A DNA stretch of 64,000 nucleotides from Lytechinus pictus (taxonomy: Eukaryota), in assembly GCF_037042905.1 (NCBI RefSeq), contig NC_087254.1, positions 32,550,001 to 32,614,000 of the forward strand. Reading direction: 5' to 3'. The notes under the pieces are model-generated. The model ran no database searches, had not been told where the DNA came from, and worked only from the letters and a program-made list of their open reading frames with translations. Position numbers and translations under genes: made by a program. Shown here piece after piece: positions 39,222 to 51,491 of this stretch. Positions within the stretch are counted from its first letter, which is position 1, and each line of letters starts with the position of its first letter.

Positions 39222-42191
39222 ATGGCATCTCGTGTCCAAGTATTAATTTCGGTTTTCGTCCTGTCATTTTTTGCGGTTGAGTGCATGCATACAGTGCCTG
39301 AACTTATTCCAGAAGCTTACGCGGGGAGATGGTATCAGGTAGGTACTCTGTGATATTGAATAAATTTAAACTGCTTGTTTATTCATTTATTTGTGAATAT
39401 TTATAGTGTGACCTGATTAGCATAATAAACAAACATCCAAGCATGATAGACATGATCAGTTTCCGTAGTAACTAGTATAATGACATTGCCACTTCTACTG
39501 AAGATTTTATTTTAGGAAGAGAGACAATATATACGAGAAAGAGATTAATTACCAAGATGGGCAAATGTAGAATAGAATAAGACAGAATCTGTCAATTAGA
39601 TAATTTTATCTACAATAACATTCTGTAAACCTTTATCGAAACTCAGGGGCGGATCTAACTTTTTTTCAAGGGCGGGGTATTGACCAAAAGGACCATCATC
39701 CGCGAGCCGTGACGCGGCGAGCCGATTTTGTTGTTGTTGTTGCTTTTTTGAATCCCCTTAAGAGCAGTGGAGACCATAAAAGGCAGTTCATGCTGCAGAA
39801 ATATATTGTGTGGATCTGGACATAATGATGGCGATTTTTAATGCACATTGTTGTTATTTTATTACTTGGCAGCCCAAGGGGGGGGGGGGTTACCCCTACC
39901 CCCGTAGATCCGCGACTGAAATTATTCATTAATCCCTAAGAGTGATGACGGTGACGATGAGATATAGCTGGCCACTACCTCGACCAAAATATCGACACTG
40001 ATGAATATTTGGTCAGGGATTTCACTGGTTGTTCGGCTCATATAGAGGCCTTTATAATTTATACATATCTTTCTTCTAAAGTCAAATAAGAAAAATAATA
40101 CAAACAAAACACAAAAAATTTCATTAAAATCGGTTACGACTTTTTCATTTTTTCCATTACTTCCTCAGAATCCTATGCATGCCTTCATAAATATGCAGTG
40201 AGCAATCTGATGACGTCTTATTCCCACTTTGGAGAAAAGATTGGATTGACTCATTACATAATGTATAAAATAATTACTGCTGACACTTAGTTTTTACGAG
40301 GAAGGTATACCCACATGTATGAAAATATAAGATAATTATGATTTCAGATAGTAATACAAGAAAATTAACATACATCATCAGCCCTCCTATTGCATATTCA
40401 TGAAGGCGTGAATAGTGAATGTTTTACAAAAAAAATATTGCTTTACTTGAAATTATTTTTTTTTTTAAGATTAGATTTAGATGAAATGTTAAACCATCTG
40501 CTCGGTGAAGTTTAATATATTTCTTTAAATGTAATCATTTTAGTAGAATATATACTTTATGGAATAATTTCTGCGCTCTATAAATTTATATATTATTATT
40601 ATTATATATTATTACCTTTATGCTGAGTAACCCCTTTAACATGGTTGCCTTTTATTCTATCTGCAGGCTTACAGTAACCGATGGGCTGATCTTGGTATCC
40701 AAGTCATCGAACCAGACTGTGTGTCGGTCGATTGTAAGATTCTCAATATTTATATATATATTTTGTTTAAATTTGAGGGATGTCTCTAAGTATAACTACT
40801 AATTGCGATATTATTATGTACATCCCCTATCATGGTGATTACAATGACGCCGACATTGATGACGAACACGATTGCGAAAAATAAGGAACAATGAGAAATA
40901 TGACAGAAATGAAGAGGAAAGGATTTCTATGACAATGACAATGGTTTCCATAACAAAAGTTATTCAATGAAATTTGATAATTATTCATTATTTGTCTGTA
41001 CACAACTATTTCAACAAGTTCACAATGATGCTTTTAATTGATGAATATGAACAAAATCAAAATAAAACTACGAATATATTGGGTAATTGTTCCTCTCTTT
41101 TGTGCCTCTCATTTTTCTTCTTTACTTATCTATTTATGTCTTTCCTCCTGCTTCCCCCTTCTTTCTCTCTCTTTTCTTCCCCATCCTATTTCTTCTTCTT
41201 CTTCTTCTTCTCCTCCTTCTTCTTCTTCTTCCTCTTCTTCTTCTTCTTTTTTCTTCTTCTTCTTTTTTTTCTTCTCCTTTCTCTCGTTCTTTATCTCCCT
41301 TTTCCCCCTTCCCCATCATAGATGGGGTCATAAATGCAACATTCGTGTCCGTCTATAACGCCAACTGGCTTTTTGACGAGAAGCGTACAGACGACATCAA
41401 CGGCTACGCCTACATCCCAGACCTCAATAAACCAGGCCAGCTCAACGTCGTGCTCGAAGGAGTTCCCGTCCTTTTAGATTGTAAGTCCCCATTACTCACT
41501 GTGATTATAATATATATATATATATCCATCCATTCATCCATTTCTTTCACAAAATATTTAAATAAAAGAGTTGCCAAAGCTGTTGTACATGTATAATTTC
41601 ACACATATATATATATATATATATATAAAAGAACATATTATGTTCATATTCATAATCTTGATCAGATTTTTCCTCGTAGTTCTTTTTTTTTTAATAGCAA
41701 AATCAAATGGACAGGTACCTGAGTTAGTCGCATTTTCTAATTCCTTTTTCTCCATTTATTTTCGTCATTATTTACTTGAAATTTCGAACATTATTAATAG
41801 ATAGTAATATAACATTATTTTGATAATACTTTTTGCTTGCTTAACATTACATCAAGACTATTTATTGCATTTTAATGGTTCAATTATTCAAAAGAATGAT
41901 ATCGACATTATTGCTTGATTTGCGATGTTCTCTCTTTCTATTCCAACAGACTGGATCTTCAAGCTAGGGCCAATCATCAATGGCCAATACCAATACTCCC
42001 TGATCACTGACGCCGAAGATTCGGCCCGACCCCTCTTCGTGCTCACCCGTGACCTGGACGTGTTCGCTGAGCTCTACGATCAGGAGGTTCGCGAGTATCT
42101 AACCCTGCACGACTACGTGGATGGTTTCAAGGCCCCGTATGCCACTTTTTACAACGAAAGCTGCGTTTTCCCGCCATTAAATCGAAATTGA
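39222..42191 (+). CDS. Secreted lipocalin, ApoD-like (copy E), 194 aa
   Basis: Exons 39222-39338, 40667-40733, 41322-41480, 41950-42191 (585 nt). MASRVQVLISVFVLSFFAVEC-MHTVPELIPEAYAGRWYQ...DCVSVDY...INGYAY...YWIFKLGP...YQYSLITD...LFVLTRD...ESCVFPPLNRN*. Confidence 0.92.
41150..41310. repeat. (CTT)n / pyrimidine tract before exon 3 of lipocalin E
   Basis: Visible microsatellite; it produces the poly-F/L/S/R ORFs. Confidence 0.9.
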
Positions 42192-44938
42192 TCATCATTT
42201 CCATCTGCAACTGAAATTCAATAATCAGACTATAATACACCGAGAGTAAAATGATCTTAGATTGCTTGGAGATCGACATAACTTTTCAAAAATGGCTCGG
42301 TTTGGGCAGATTTACCAAAGATTGTTAATAGAATGATTCCTTCAAAATATTGTTTGTGTTATTCATTTTGACTTAATGATAAAAATTCTATACTTTTCTT
42401 GGTAAAAATACAACGCAATGCTGATTAAGTTTACCCACACTTTGCCAGATTCGTTTTCATTTTTAACAGAATTTTATTTTTAATTGGGGTTCAGCGATTT
42501 TAGAGTATTGTATACCAGAATATGATTTTTATATACAAAAAAAGAAGAATTTTTAAAAGTAAAGTTAGATTTAAACAGTATTAGCAAGTTATTGAGGTTA
42601 ATGTTATTTTTATTGTGCATTTAATTAGAAGAAGTACATGTATTTGTACCTGAAACAAAACGGCCGTGATATAATGAAGGAATATATGCAAATAGTTAAG
42701 TAACACAAATTATTGACACTACACAAACAATGGCGATGATAACAGTCACATTTCTTTTATAATAAAGTATTTTTCCGAGGCAAACATATCTCTTATCTGT
42801 CTCAATTAGATATCAATTTTTGATTGTTCATCCAATTGTTCCAAATATTTTGTAACTCTAGTGTCGTATCTATTTTGATCTCCATTTCATAAGCAATCGG
42901 GCTTATACGACATTGTGAGTTTAAGACAGTGGTGCTCAATATTAGTGAACCCCACCAGATTATGAAAATATTCAAATTGTTCAAATTCTGCCGTGTTTAA
43001 AATATTAAGTTGTGAAATCCAGTGTTAAAATATTACATTCAATAAAGTTTGTTTCTCTGGACTAGCTGATCATTGTAGTGTCGTTGTCTACATACAACAC
43101 TCAGCATGAAAGAGTGCATTTTGTGTTGGGGTTCACTAACTTTAGAGCACAACTGTATATGCCTATACAATATACAGTTCAAAAGAACGCACTGTTTAAG
43201 TCCGTCACTCTATTAAACAAAAGGTTGTTTATTTTTAAACAGTAATTTTTATTGTTAAAAATACTTTAAACAAACTTAAAAAAAAACATTTAAACAGTAG
43301 CTGTTAGAGTGACGGTCTTATCCACGAAGTGCTGATAATTTTGAACAGCGTTTTTACAGTGTTGTACTGTATGTTCCAAAATTTCATCACTCTATTTTTG
43401 GCACACGTATAAAATAAAACTGGACTTTTGATAATTTGATACTTTTGATTTACACAAAAACATACAAAGTAACCAAATGTTTAGATATTTCAATTTTGGC
43501 ATTAAATTCTTAATATTATAGCAAATACAATAGGCCTTTGTGAAGTTTAAATAACCTGTATAAAGTGTTTTGCTATGGATCTTGTATACTTTTTCCTTGC
43601 AATATCTGAAACACAAATTTTGTTGACCAATATAACAATTTCGGGTCTAATTAGGTCATTAAGCATGTTACAAGATTAAACCATACCGGTCGCTAGATGG
43701 AGTAAAGTCTATGTTATCACAAAGGATTAACTTCTCCCAATTTTAAAGGTAACTTGTCTTTTACAAGATTGAAAAAAATCTGATATATTTTGTTAGTTTC
43801 AAGTTTATTTTCATTTCATCTGAACAATAATAACAAAGGAAATTATTGCACAGTAAAACTGTGACAATACAAACTGATACCCCACACATACCTGCATTTT
43901 GATCAAAGATTATTTTCAAAGTTTTTTTTTTAATGATAGTGGCACCAAAACATTTCAAATTTCACTCGGTTTTGCCTTTATACAGTACATACCGTGCACC
44001 ATAATAAAATTTTGATGACCATTTGACCGGCAACAATGAATAATTAACACAAAATTGTACACATCTCGATATTATCATTCTCGCATTTCATTTCTCTAAG
44101 TCTTTGTTATTTTCTTCCTTAATTTTATTGTTGGTACTCTTGATTTCTAATAATTACCTGGCTTATAAAGCTTGTATATTTCCTTAAAATTTTGACAATT
44201 CCCTTTGAGATAAAAATGTAGGCCTGTATTCAAATATGTCACGGAACCAGTAGTTCCATGATTATATGAATATCAAATATTATTTTCGTCATCAATTATT
44301 GTAAAACTAGTGTTTACCCCCTTTGAAATCGTGGAAATGTAATTTTTACCAACTAATTATTTAAAAATTCGGGGATGATCTCTCCAATCGGTTTGCCGTC
44401 CTTTGTGTTGTGCAAATAACAGTTTGCAATGAAAAACTGTAATAAGCAAAAGTAAAGGTGTTAGAATGTCGTTTGACATCCTTTTTTAAGGTATCTTTCG
44501 GAATACAAAACTGTTGGAAAGGAGCAAATTTGAGGGTACAATTTTCAGAACCTAGGATATAAATGTGTCACAGCTGTTTGAAAAATCGTGTGCAAATTAA
44601 CCAACAATTTTGTGAAACTTTCCCCTTTCTATTAGTGCGCGTGTTAATTTGTTCACTGTCGGTATTCTTGTCAAAATTCTTCGATAACTTCTTATTTGGT
44701 ATACAGGAACTGCTTTGTAATTCAAATCCAAATAGATTGTACCATGCAGTGTAAGGTCACCTCTCCCCAAAGCTACACCGCAAGTAAACTCACAAATCTG
44801 TTTAACTATGACATCATCCAAAATAAGATAAAATCTTGAGTTGACCCTCATCTATACGTAAGACCAGAGTTCCACGTTTGAAATCAGTTTCAAGATATTC
44901 TAATGTTTTAATTAGCTGCGGACCAGGTTCACCACAAA

Positions 44939-47900
44939 ATGGCGTCGTTTGATAAAATTCTATTCTTGATTTTAACCATCTTTGGCATCACTTCCCATGG
45001 AATGCACACTGTGCCCGAACTAAACCCGGAGTCGTACGTTGGAAGGTGGTATCAAGTAAGTGAACATCGATTTGTTTTTCTATACCTTCTCAAAGAGGGA
45101 ACTTCGACAACTTTAGAATATTAAAATTACAGGGGGCATTGATGGAGCAAAGAAATGAATCATGCTCTGAAAGAAGTACGTTATGGGGTGACTTGAATAC
45201 ACTCTTTAAACGGATTGGGAAAATTAACAAATCTGTTGGCAAATATGTGTCCTATATACCAATAAAACTCGTCAGTATCAGCCAAAATTCTGGTAGATTC
45301 TTATCAATAAATTGGATAATGTCGACCATTTTCGTTGATCGGATAAATATTCACAAAAACGTTGGTATTTTGAACAACCCTTTTTAAAAGTGTAGGCATA
45401 AAACATTATATATTATAGTAACCAATCACTGAATTCTTCACCCAAGGAGGTTTCGTAGTAGGCCTACTTGGCTTGGAACTTATATAACGCCCTCAGTGTC
45501 AAGACATGGGGGGGGGGGGGGGTCGCACCGCTATGCAGAACGCTTTCAAGAGCATAGAAAATATATTGTCAAATGCCCTTCATGACAATGAACAATCATA
45601 AAGTATTTGTCGATAACTGGTGAATCTAAACGGCAGTTTCGTCCTGGACTCTGGACAAACGAAATATTTGCAATTTTTCGGCAGCTCTAAAACTTCAGAC
45701 GAAACTGCTGTTTCGGTTCACCAATTGTTTACTTAGACCTCCCAGCTGTTCATTGTTATTTTACGGGCATTTTCAATAGATTTACTGTGTTGTTGAATCC
45801 GTCCACGATGCAGTTACGAAAACATCTTATTACGTTTGAAAATAAAGTTACACTATACAGTCACACCAACGATACACAGCAAAAACTGTGGTGTTAACCG
45901 GCGTACATACATGACCACACCGGTGTTAAATTGACAGTGTTAGTTTAACACCTGTAGGTGTTATTACAACACCTTTGGTTGTTACATTTACACTCTTTGT
46001 TGCTATGTTCAATCTCTAGGGTATAATTTTAACACCTCATGGTATAATCCTCTGTTAACACCAATTGGTGTCAGTTTTAGCACCAAACCTTTTACAGTGT
46101 ACCGACTCAAAACTGACCGATTGTATGTTACTTGAAAAAAAAAGGTGTAATAGCTTTGTCGGTCTGTATGTAGTCGGTATAAACAGTGTGATTGTATCCT
46201 TATAGGCCTACTAATAATGTAGTTGCAGTCAAAAGTGATTGTGATTAATTAGTTTAACCTCTCAAATTTCAAGTCACTGATTTTCTCACCTTGGCAACTT
46301 TGATTGCTAAAGTCACAATCGTTTGTGTTGGGTATAGCTTTACATTTCTTTCTCTGCTTCCCTCTTTTTTTTTACATGACCACTCGAAAATGTAAGGGAC
46401 ACGTCCCTGAAGCTTTGTAAGAATTAGTTAATTAGCAAAGCATCTTACTTGTTCGGTGACAAGAAACATATTTTTTTTTTGTGGTTTTAATAGTAACTGT
46501 GGCTAAGGCATATAAAAAATCGGCACTATTAAGCAAATATCCCCATTTTTTCTTTCAAAGGTTTACACAAATGCTGTATCTGACTTTTTCACCGGTGTTC
46601 AAGAACCAGACTGCGGAACTGCAGATTGTAAGTTGATCTACTTCGCCGTTTTCTTCTTCAATCGCTATTTTTTCGATCTTCTATTGTCATTGTTTAGAGG
46701 TGTTGTGGCTCAGTGGATAAGTCTCTGGACTGTGAACCACAAGGTCCGGGGTTCAAATCCCACCGCAGCACTAGCGTCCTATGGCAAGGCGTTTATCTAC
46801 ATTTGCCACTCTCGACCCAGGTGTAGTAAATGGGTACCCGGTAAAAAGAAATTCCTTGAATGCTCGATGCGCCCGATCAGGGTAGCCGTGCTAAAGCCGG
46901 GGTAATGGTATGCAGCGATTAGAATCATTTGTATTAAGCGCTATATAAATGTTGCATATTATTATTACTATTATTATTGTTATTATCTACCAAAGCAGAA
47001 ACTGTAAATCTTAATCGATCATTATGAAGATTTTCTCTGTAAGGCGTATATTGCCAGAGCAACAAGACAATATAATGGAATGTTAAGAGATTAAATTTAA
47101 TGGTCTTTTTGTTGCATGTCTGCCTTTCTTTTATCTCTCATTTTTATACTGCATCTTTACAGACACCTTAATCAATTCGACATACGTCACAGTTTACAAC
47201 GCTAATTATCGTCTTGACGAGGAGTTTACGGACGGACTGGGTGGCTACGCCTACGTCCCAGACCCATCCATTCCAGGAGAGTTAAAAGTCGTACTTGATG
47301 GCGTACCAGTAGCTGGAGATTGTGAGTTTGAAATTTCACCAATATTGTCAAAATTAACCTTGATATCATTACAGACAATTTTGATAATAATTATAGTGAA
47401 CACAAATATCATAGTACTAACAACCATCATTTAATTCATTCCCATTAATAGATGGACAAATCCCAAATTTTTAATCCTAAAAAGAGCATCAATCTCGTCG
47501 ACCCAGCGCCTCCGTCTTTTTGAACCCATTAAATTTTTATTTAAGCAACAATTAAGATATTGGACAGGTTCAATAAATATGTTTTCAAGGAGCGCAATGT
47601 CTGATATTTGGCAAATGCGTCCACAGTAATAACACATCAAGCGAATAAAAATGCAAGGCGACGGAAGTCATACATGTAACCACCACTTCTACTCTTTATT
47701 TCTTTTTCAGACTGGGTCTTCAAATTAGGGCCGCTGATCGAGGGTAAATACCAATATAGTCTAGTCACGGACGGACAGGACGCGCGTCAACTTTACGTTC
47801 TATCACGTGATCCCGAGGAATTCTACGAGCTTTACGATCACGAGGTCTCAGAATACGTGGCGCTGAATGGGTTCACGGGACCGGTCAAGACACCTTATGA

Positions 47901-47949
47901 AGTACCACATCCTCCAGAGTGTCGCTATCCTCCCAGCCCACCGGAATAG
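44939..47949 (+). CDS. Secreted lipocalin, ApoD-like (copy F), 193 aa
   Basis: Exons 44939-45055, 46561-46627, 47163-47321, 47711-47949 (582 nt). MASFDKILFLILTIFGITSHG-MHTVPELNPESYVGRWYQ...DCGTADY...LGGYAY...PGELKV...YWVFKLGP...YQYSLVTD...LYVLSRDP...ECRYPPSPPE*. Confidence 0.92.
45522..45823 (+). mobile_element. Hairpin MITE copy 2 (intron 1 of lipocalin F)
   Basis: GAACGCTTTCAAGA...GTCAAATGCCCTTCATGACAA...GTCCTGGACTCTG...ACGGGCATTTT, matching copy 1. Confidence 0.75.
45875..46099. mobile_element. Tc1/mariner-type MITE
   Basis: TA|CACAGCAAAAACT ... TTTTACAGTG|TA with many GGTGTT/AACACC motifs; related to 50426-50667. Confidence 0.65.
46697..46985 (+). mobile_element. Full-length tRNA-derived SINE
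   Basis: GTGGCTCAGTGG A box, GGTTCAAATCCC B box, CCCAGGTGTAGTAAATGGGTACC core and a (TAT)n tail. Confidence 0.85.
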
Positions 47950-47970
47950 GATTTTGAACTCAATACGATA

Positions 47971-48269
47971 GTTTTCGCACCCAACGCAAAACAAAATCAG
48001 GAACACATTTAATTAAAAATGCCCGTCAAATGACAATGAACAGCTGGGAGGTCTTTGTCGAAAATTGGTGAACCGGAACAACAGTTCGTCCTAAGTTTCG
48101 AAGCTGATGAAAAATTGTAAATATTTCGCCTGTCCAGAGTTCAGGACGAAACTGCTGTTTTGATTTACTTATTTTCGACAATGACTTCTTTGGTTGCTCT
48201 TTGTCATAAAAAGCATTTGACAATCCATTTTTATGTTCTTGGAAGCGTTTTGGGTTGCGGTTTGAAAAC
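47971..48269 (-). mobile_element. Hairpin MITE copy 3 (inverted), 3' of the lipocalin F stop
   Basis: Reverse complement of copy 1; it starts GTTTTCGCAC 22 nt after the TAG. Confidence 0.75.
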
Positions 48270-49509
48270 TCCCTCTCGTGTTCAGAAAGGGAGAGGTTGA
48301 TATCTCAGTTTGTTTGTTTTATTTTTATTTCTGCGTTCAAAATACACTATCAAAAATATTTACATTGTTTGTAACATACAAAATAATCCATAATGTATAC
48401 AATATAAACATAATACATAATTAGAAAAAAATGATGTGGGCATATACTGTATTTCACATTTTAATAATAAAAAAATAATATTAACAAAATTTAATGAACG
48501 CAGGAGACCGCCATCGTGAGCGGTTAAGCTTGTAATTGATGGCGGCCTCATTGACGTTGAACACAATATTTCGGGCGAATGCACTGCTATTAAAGTAAAG
48601 TGGAATTAATAGGTGCAGCAGTGTATAAAAAAGTCAGTAAATATCAATAAAGAAGAAGAAACGAGGTCAATGCTCACCACTTAAGAGGCAATTGAAAAAA
48701 GGGCCTTGATGGGAGGGGCCAAAGCCCCTTCAGCCCCTTTTGATACTGTCTTCTCTGAGTGGATTTGCAATATCATTCCTCAAAATATACAAATCTTTTG
48801 GTCATCAGCCTGTTCAGTTTCATCCTTATTCATTTTTTAATTGTTTATAGGTTACAAGTTAATGATTTTTCTCTCTATTTTCGTTTGGAGTAAGAAAATA
48901 AAAACTCTCAGTCACACATCCTGTGTGCATGCTGGTGTGTAAATGATAATTCATTTTGAAACCCTTTAGGCCTTATAACTTATACTGGGAGCGATCTGCA
49001 TAAATAAAACTACATGTACTTTAAATCTCAATAAATGAATTAAAACAACCCGATCGAGCATTGTTCATGAGCTCCACAGACTAGTGCCCGCTTCATCATA
49101 TTCATTCGGCTCGTGCATTCGTCCAAAATGACGAATTGGCGTTTTGGACCAACATAGGAATTGATACGACTTACAAGGCACAGATGTAAATTCGAATAAT
49201 ATACACATGTATAACCATACAGAACGACACTTGAGTTTAATATATGTTTATATGATTCGGTGAAAGAAAATAATGGCTATAATATGAAAGCTACGAACAG
49301 TTTCATATAGCAATTATAAAGAAATTAAGTTTATAATCCAAAACAATACTAATTACGAAGTTCATCGAATTGTATCACCAATCTTTGTGTAATCTAAAGT
49401 TTCATTTGGCCTTAAATTATCTTTACATGCCACTTTATCAAAGCTATTAAAAATAAAACCCTCAACGACTTATTATTTAACACTAGTTTCATCGATGTCA
49501 TAGAGGCTA

Positions 49510-49806
49510 TCCGTCCGCGACGTAGGGTTCAAGAACTTAACAAAAATGTATTGTCAAAAGTCTGTCATGAAACAAAAACAACCAAGTCTTTTGCAAAAAT
49601 TAGTGAACCAAGACAGCAGTTTCGTCCTGGACTCTGCAAAAAAAGTCGTATTTGTAATTTTTGGTCAGCTCCAAAACTTAGGACGAAACTGCTGTTCCGG
49701 TTCACCAATTTTCGGCAAAGACCTCCTCGGCTGTTCATTGTTATTTCACGGGCATTTTCAATACTTTTACGGCGTTCTTACCCTCCGTACGTTACGGAAC
49801 GAAATC
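49510..49806 (+). mobile_element. Hairpin MITE copy 4
   Basis: TTCAAGAAC...TTTCGTCCTGGACTCTG...CTTAGGACGAAACTGCTGTTCCGGTTCACCAATTTTCG...GGGCATTTT. Confidence 0.7.
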
Positions 49807-50425
49807 TCTCATACAGGGGGAGCGTACTACACTTTTTGTACAATGTCTTGAACGTGACCATCTAATTGTGATTTTTTTTTTCGGGGGGCTCACTATTATA
49901 GAGGTAATAACAAGTAAAATAACGAATCGTAAGATACATCCAAAAGTAAGGGTATGTTATTAAAGGACAAAAGGACTAAAAGACAGTTCAATAAATTTAT
50001 CATGACTATACAGATTATCGTGAGCATTAAATTATTCATTTGGGTTTAATTGAAAACACGGGATAGGATTGTTTCCTATTAAACTGAATGGGGCATGAAT
50101 AAAAGGAGAAATGGTAAACTGAGATGAAATAAGATAGAAGAGAGAAAGAAAAACAAAGTAAGGGGATGCAGTGAGTGATGATGAGAGATGGTGAGGGGAT
50201 AGAGAAAGAGATATTCAGAAAATGGTACAAGCATGAAAATTGGGACAAACAGACAAAGGTAAAGTAAGTTATTCTAATCATTTTTAGAAGGGAGTGCCAA
50301 CGTGAGTTTCCCAAATATAGCACCAGTTACTAGGTAACATATTTACCTTAGTAACTGAGCTTTATTGGGCTTGAGGAACAGTTTCACAAGCAATATGTCA
50401 CATATATTTTAGTCTAAAGCATATA

Positions 50426-50667
50426 CACTGCAAAAACTCCGATGTTGATTTAACACCAGCCCGGAATCTATATATGTCCACACCAGAGAAGTGTTAAACA
50501 ACACCAGTTTCGTTTTGGTCTAACACCAGATAGGTGTTTATACAACACCAATTAGTATTAAAACAGCATCGGTTTGATTCCAAACTGGTGTTGTTTCAAT
50601 ACTTCTCTGGTGTGGACATATATAGAATCCGGGCTGGTGTTAAATAAACACCGGAGTTTTTGCAGTG
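50426..50667. mobile_element. Tc1/mariner-type palindromic MITE
   Basis: TA|CACTGCAAAAACTCCG ... CGGAGTTTTTGCAGTG|TA with long, near-perfect inverted arms. Confidence 0.85.
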
Positions 50668-51219
50668 TACATAGTTCAGATCATTATAATTTACTCAGAA
50701 GAGCTCAGAAATTAATTTTGGCCTATAAATTCCTTATGTGATGAATGTTTCCATAGGTAGACCCAATGAGCACCAAAAGCAACAGTTGTTAGGCAACATT
50801 TTTCCTCAGTAACCAATACTTATAAGGTGTTTTTATTATTATAATTTCTATGAGCCACCATATCTTTTCTATTTAAGCACTAATACATTAATCACAACAA
50901 CCCAGGAACATGTATACCGTGTATACCCGCCCATGATAAGTACCAGTTGCTAAGTTACCTGTTTTCTGCAACCGATTGTTAAAGGCCGTATGGTAACATT
51001 ATTAATGTGTTTAAGAGATACTAATACTAGAAGATGCTTAAAAACGTAAAACCTTGCACAAATTGAACTACCGCATGATATGTTTTATATTTCCAAAAAA
51101 CGTTGTCTATTGATTCCATATCATTGTCATAATAATACTTGTTGCATGTTAGAAAACTTACCTTAAAACCAATCTTTCTCCATTTGGAAACCATAATTAT
51201 CAGGGATTAATCATTTATC

Positions 51220-51491
51220 AATTACTACAGACCAACCAGGTCTTTACGCTCATCCACTTCTGGCTTCCTTGTTATTCCAAAAGTTTCAAAAACTCGGGGG
51301 GGGGGGGGGGGAGATCATTTGCTTTTGCATGCCCCACTTTGTGGAATAGCCTTCCTGAAGACATAAAAAAATGTACCTTAGTCGAAACTTTCAAAAATCT
51401 TCTAAAAACTTTTTTTATTTAACTCTTAGCTCTTTATGCGCCTTGAGCACTCTACAGAGTGGATTTGGCACTTTATAAGTCACATTATTAT
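51220..51491 (+). mobile_element. 3' end of an L2-type LINE with a (TAT)n tail
   Basis: YRPTRSLRSSTSGFLVIPKV...RSFAFACPTLWNSLPEDIKKC...FKNLLKTF; the tail resumes after 54232. Confidence 0.75.

Noticed and set aside
40974-41596. Overlapping F/L/S/R-rich ORFs that look like membrane proteins
   Set aside because: (CTT)n intron tract; only 41322-41480 is coding (exon 3 of lipocalin E).
37424-49865. Recurrent short ORFs with QLRNLGRNCCSGSP (37424, 48026, 49546)
   Set aside because: Chance translations of copies of one non-coding MITE; the frames are not conserved.
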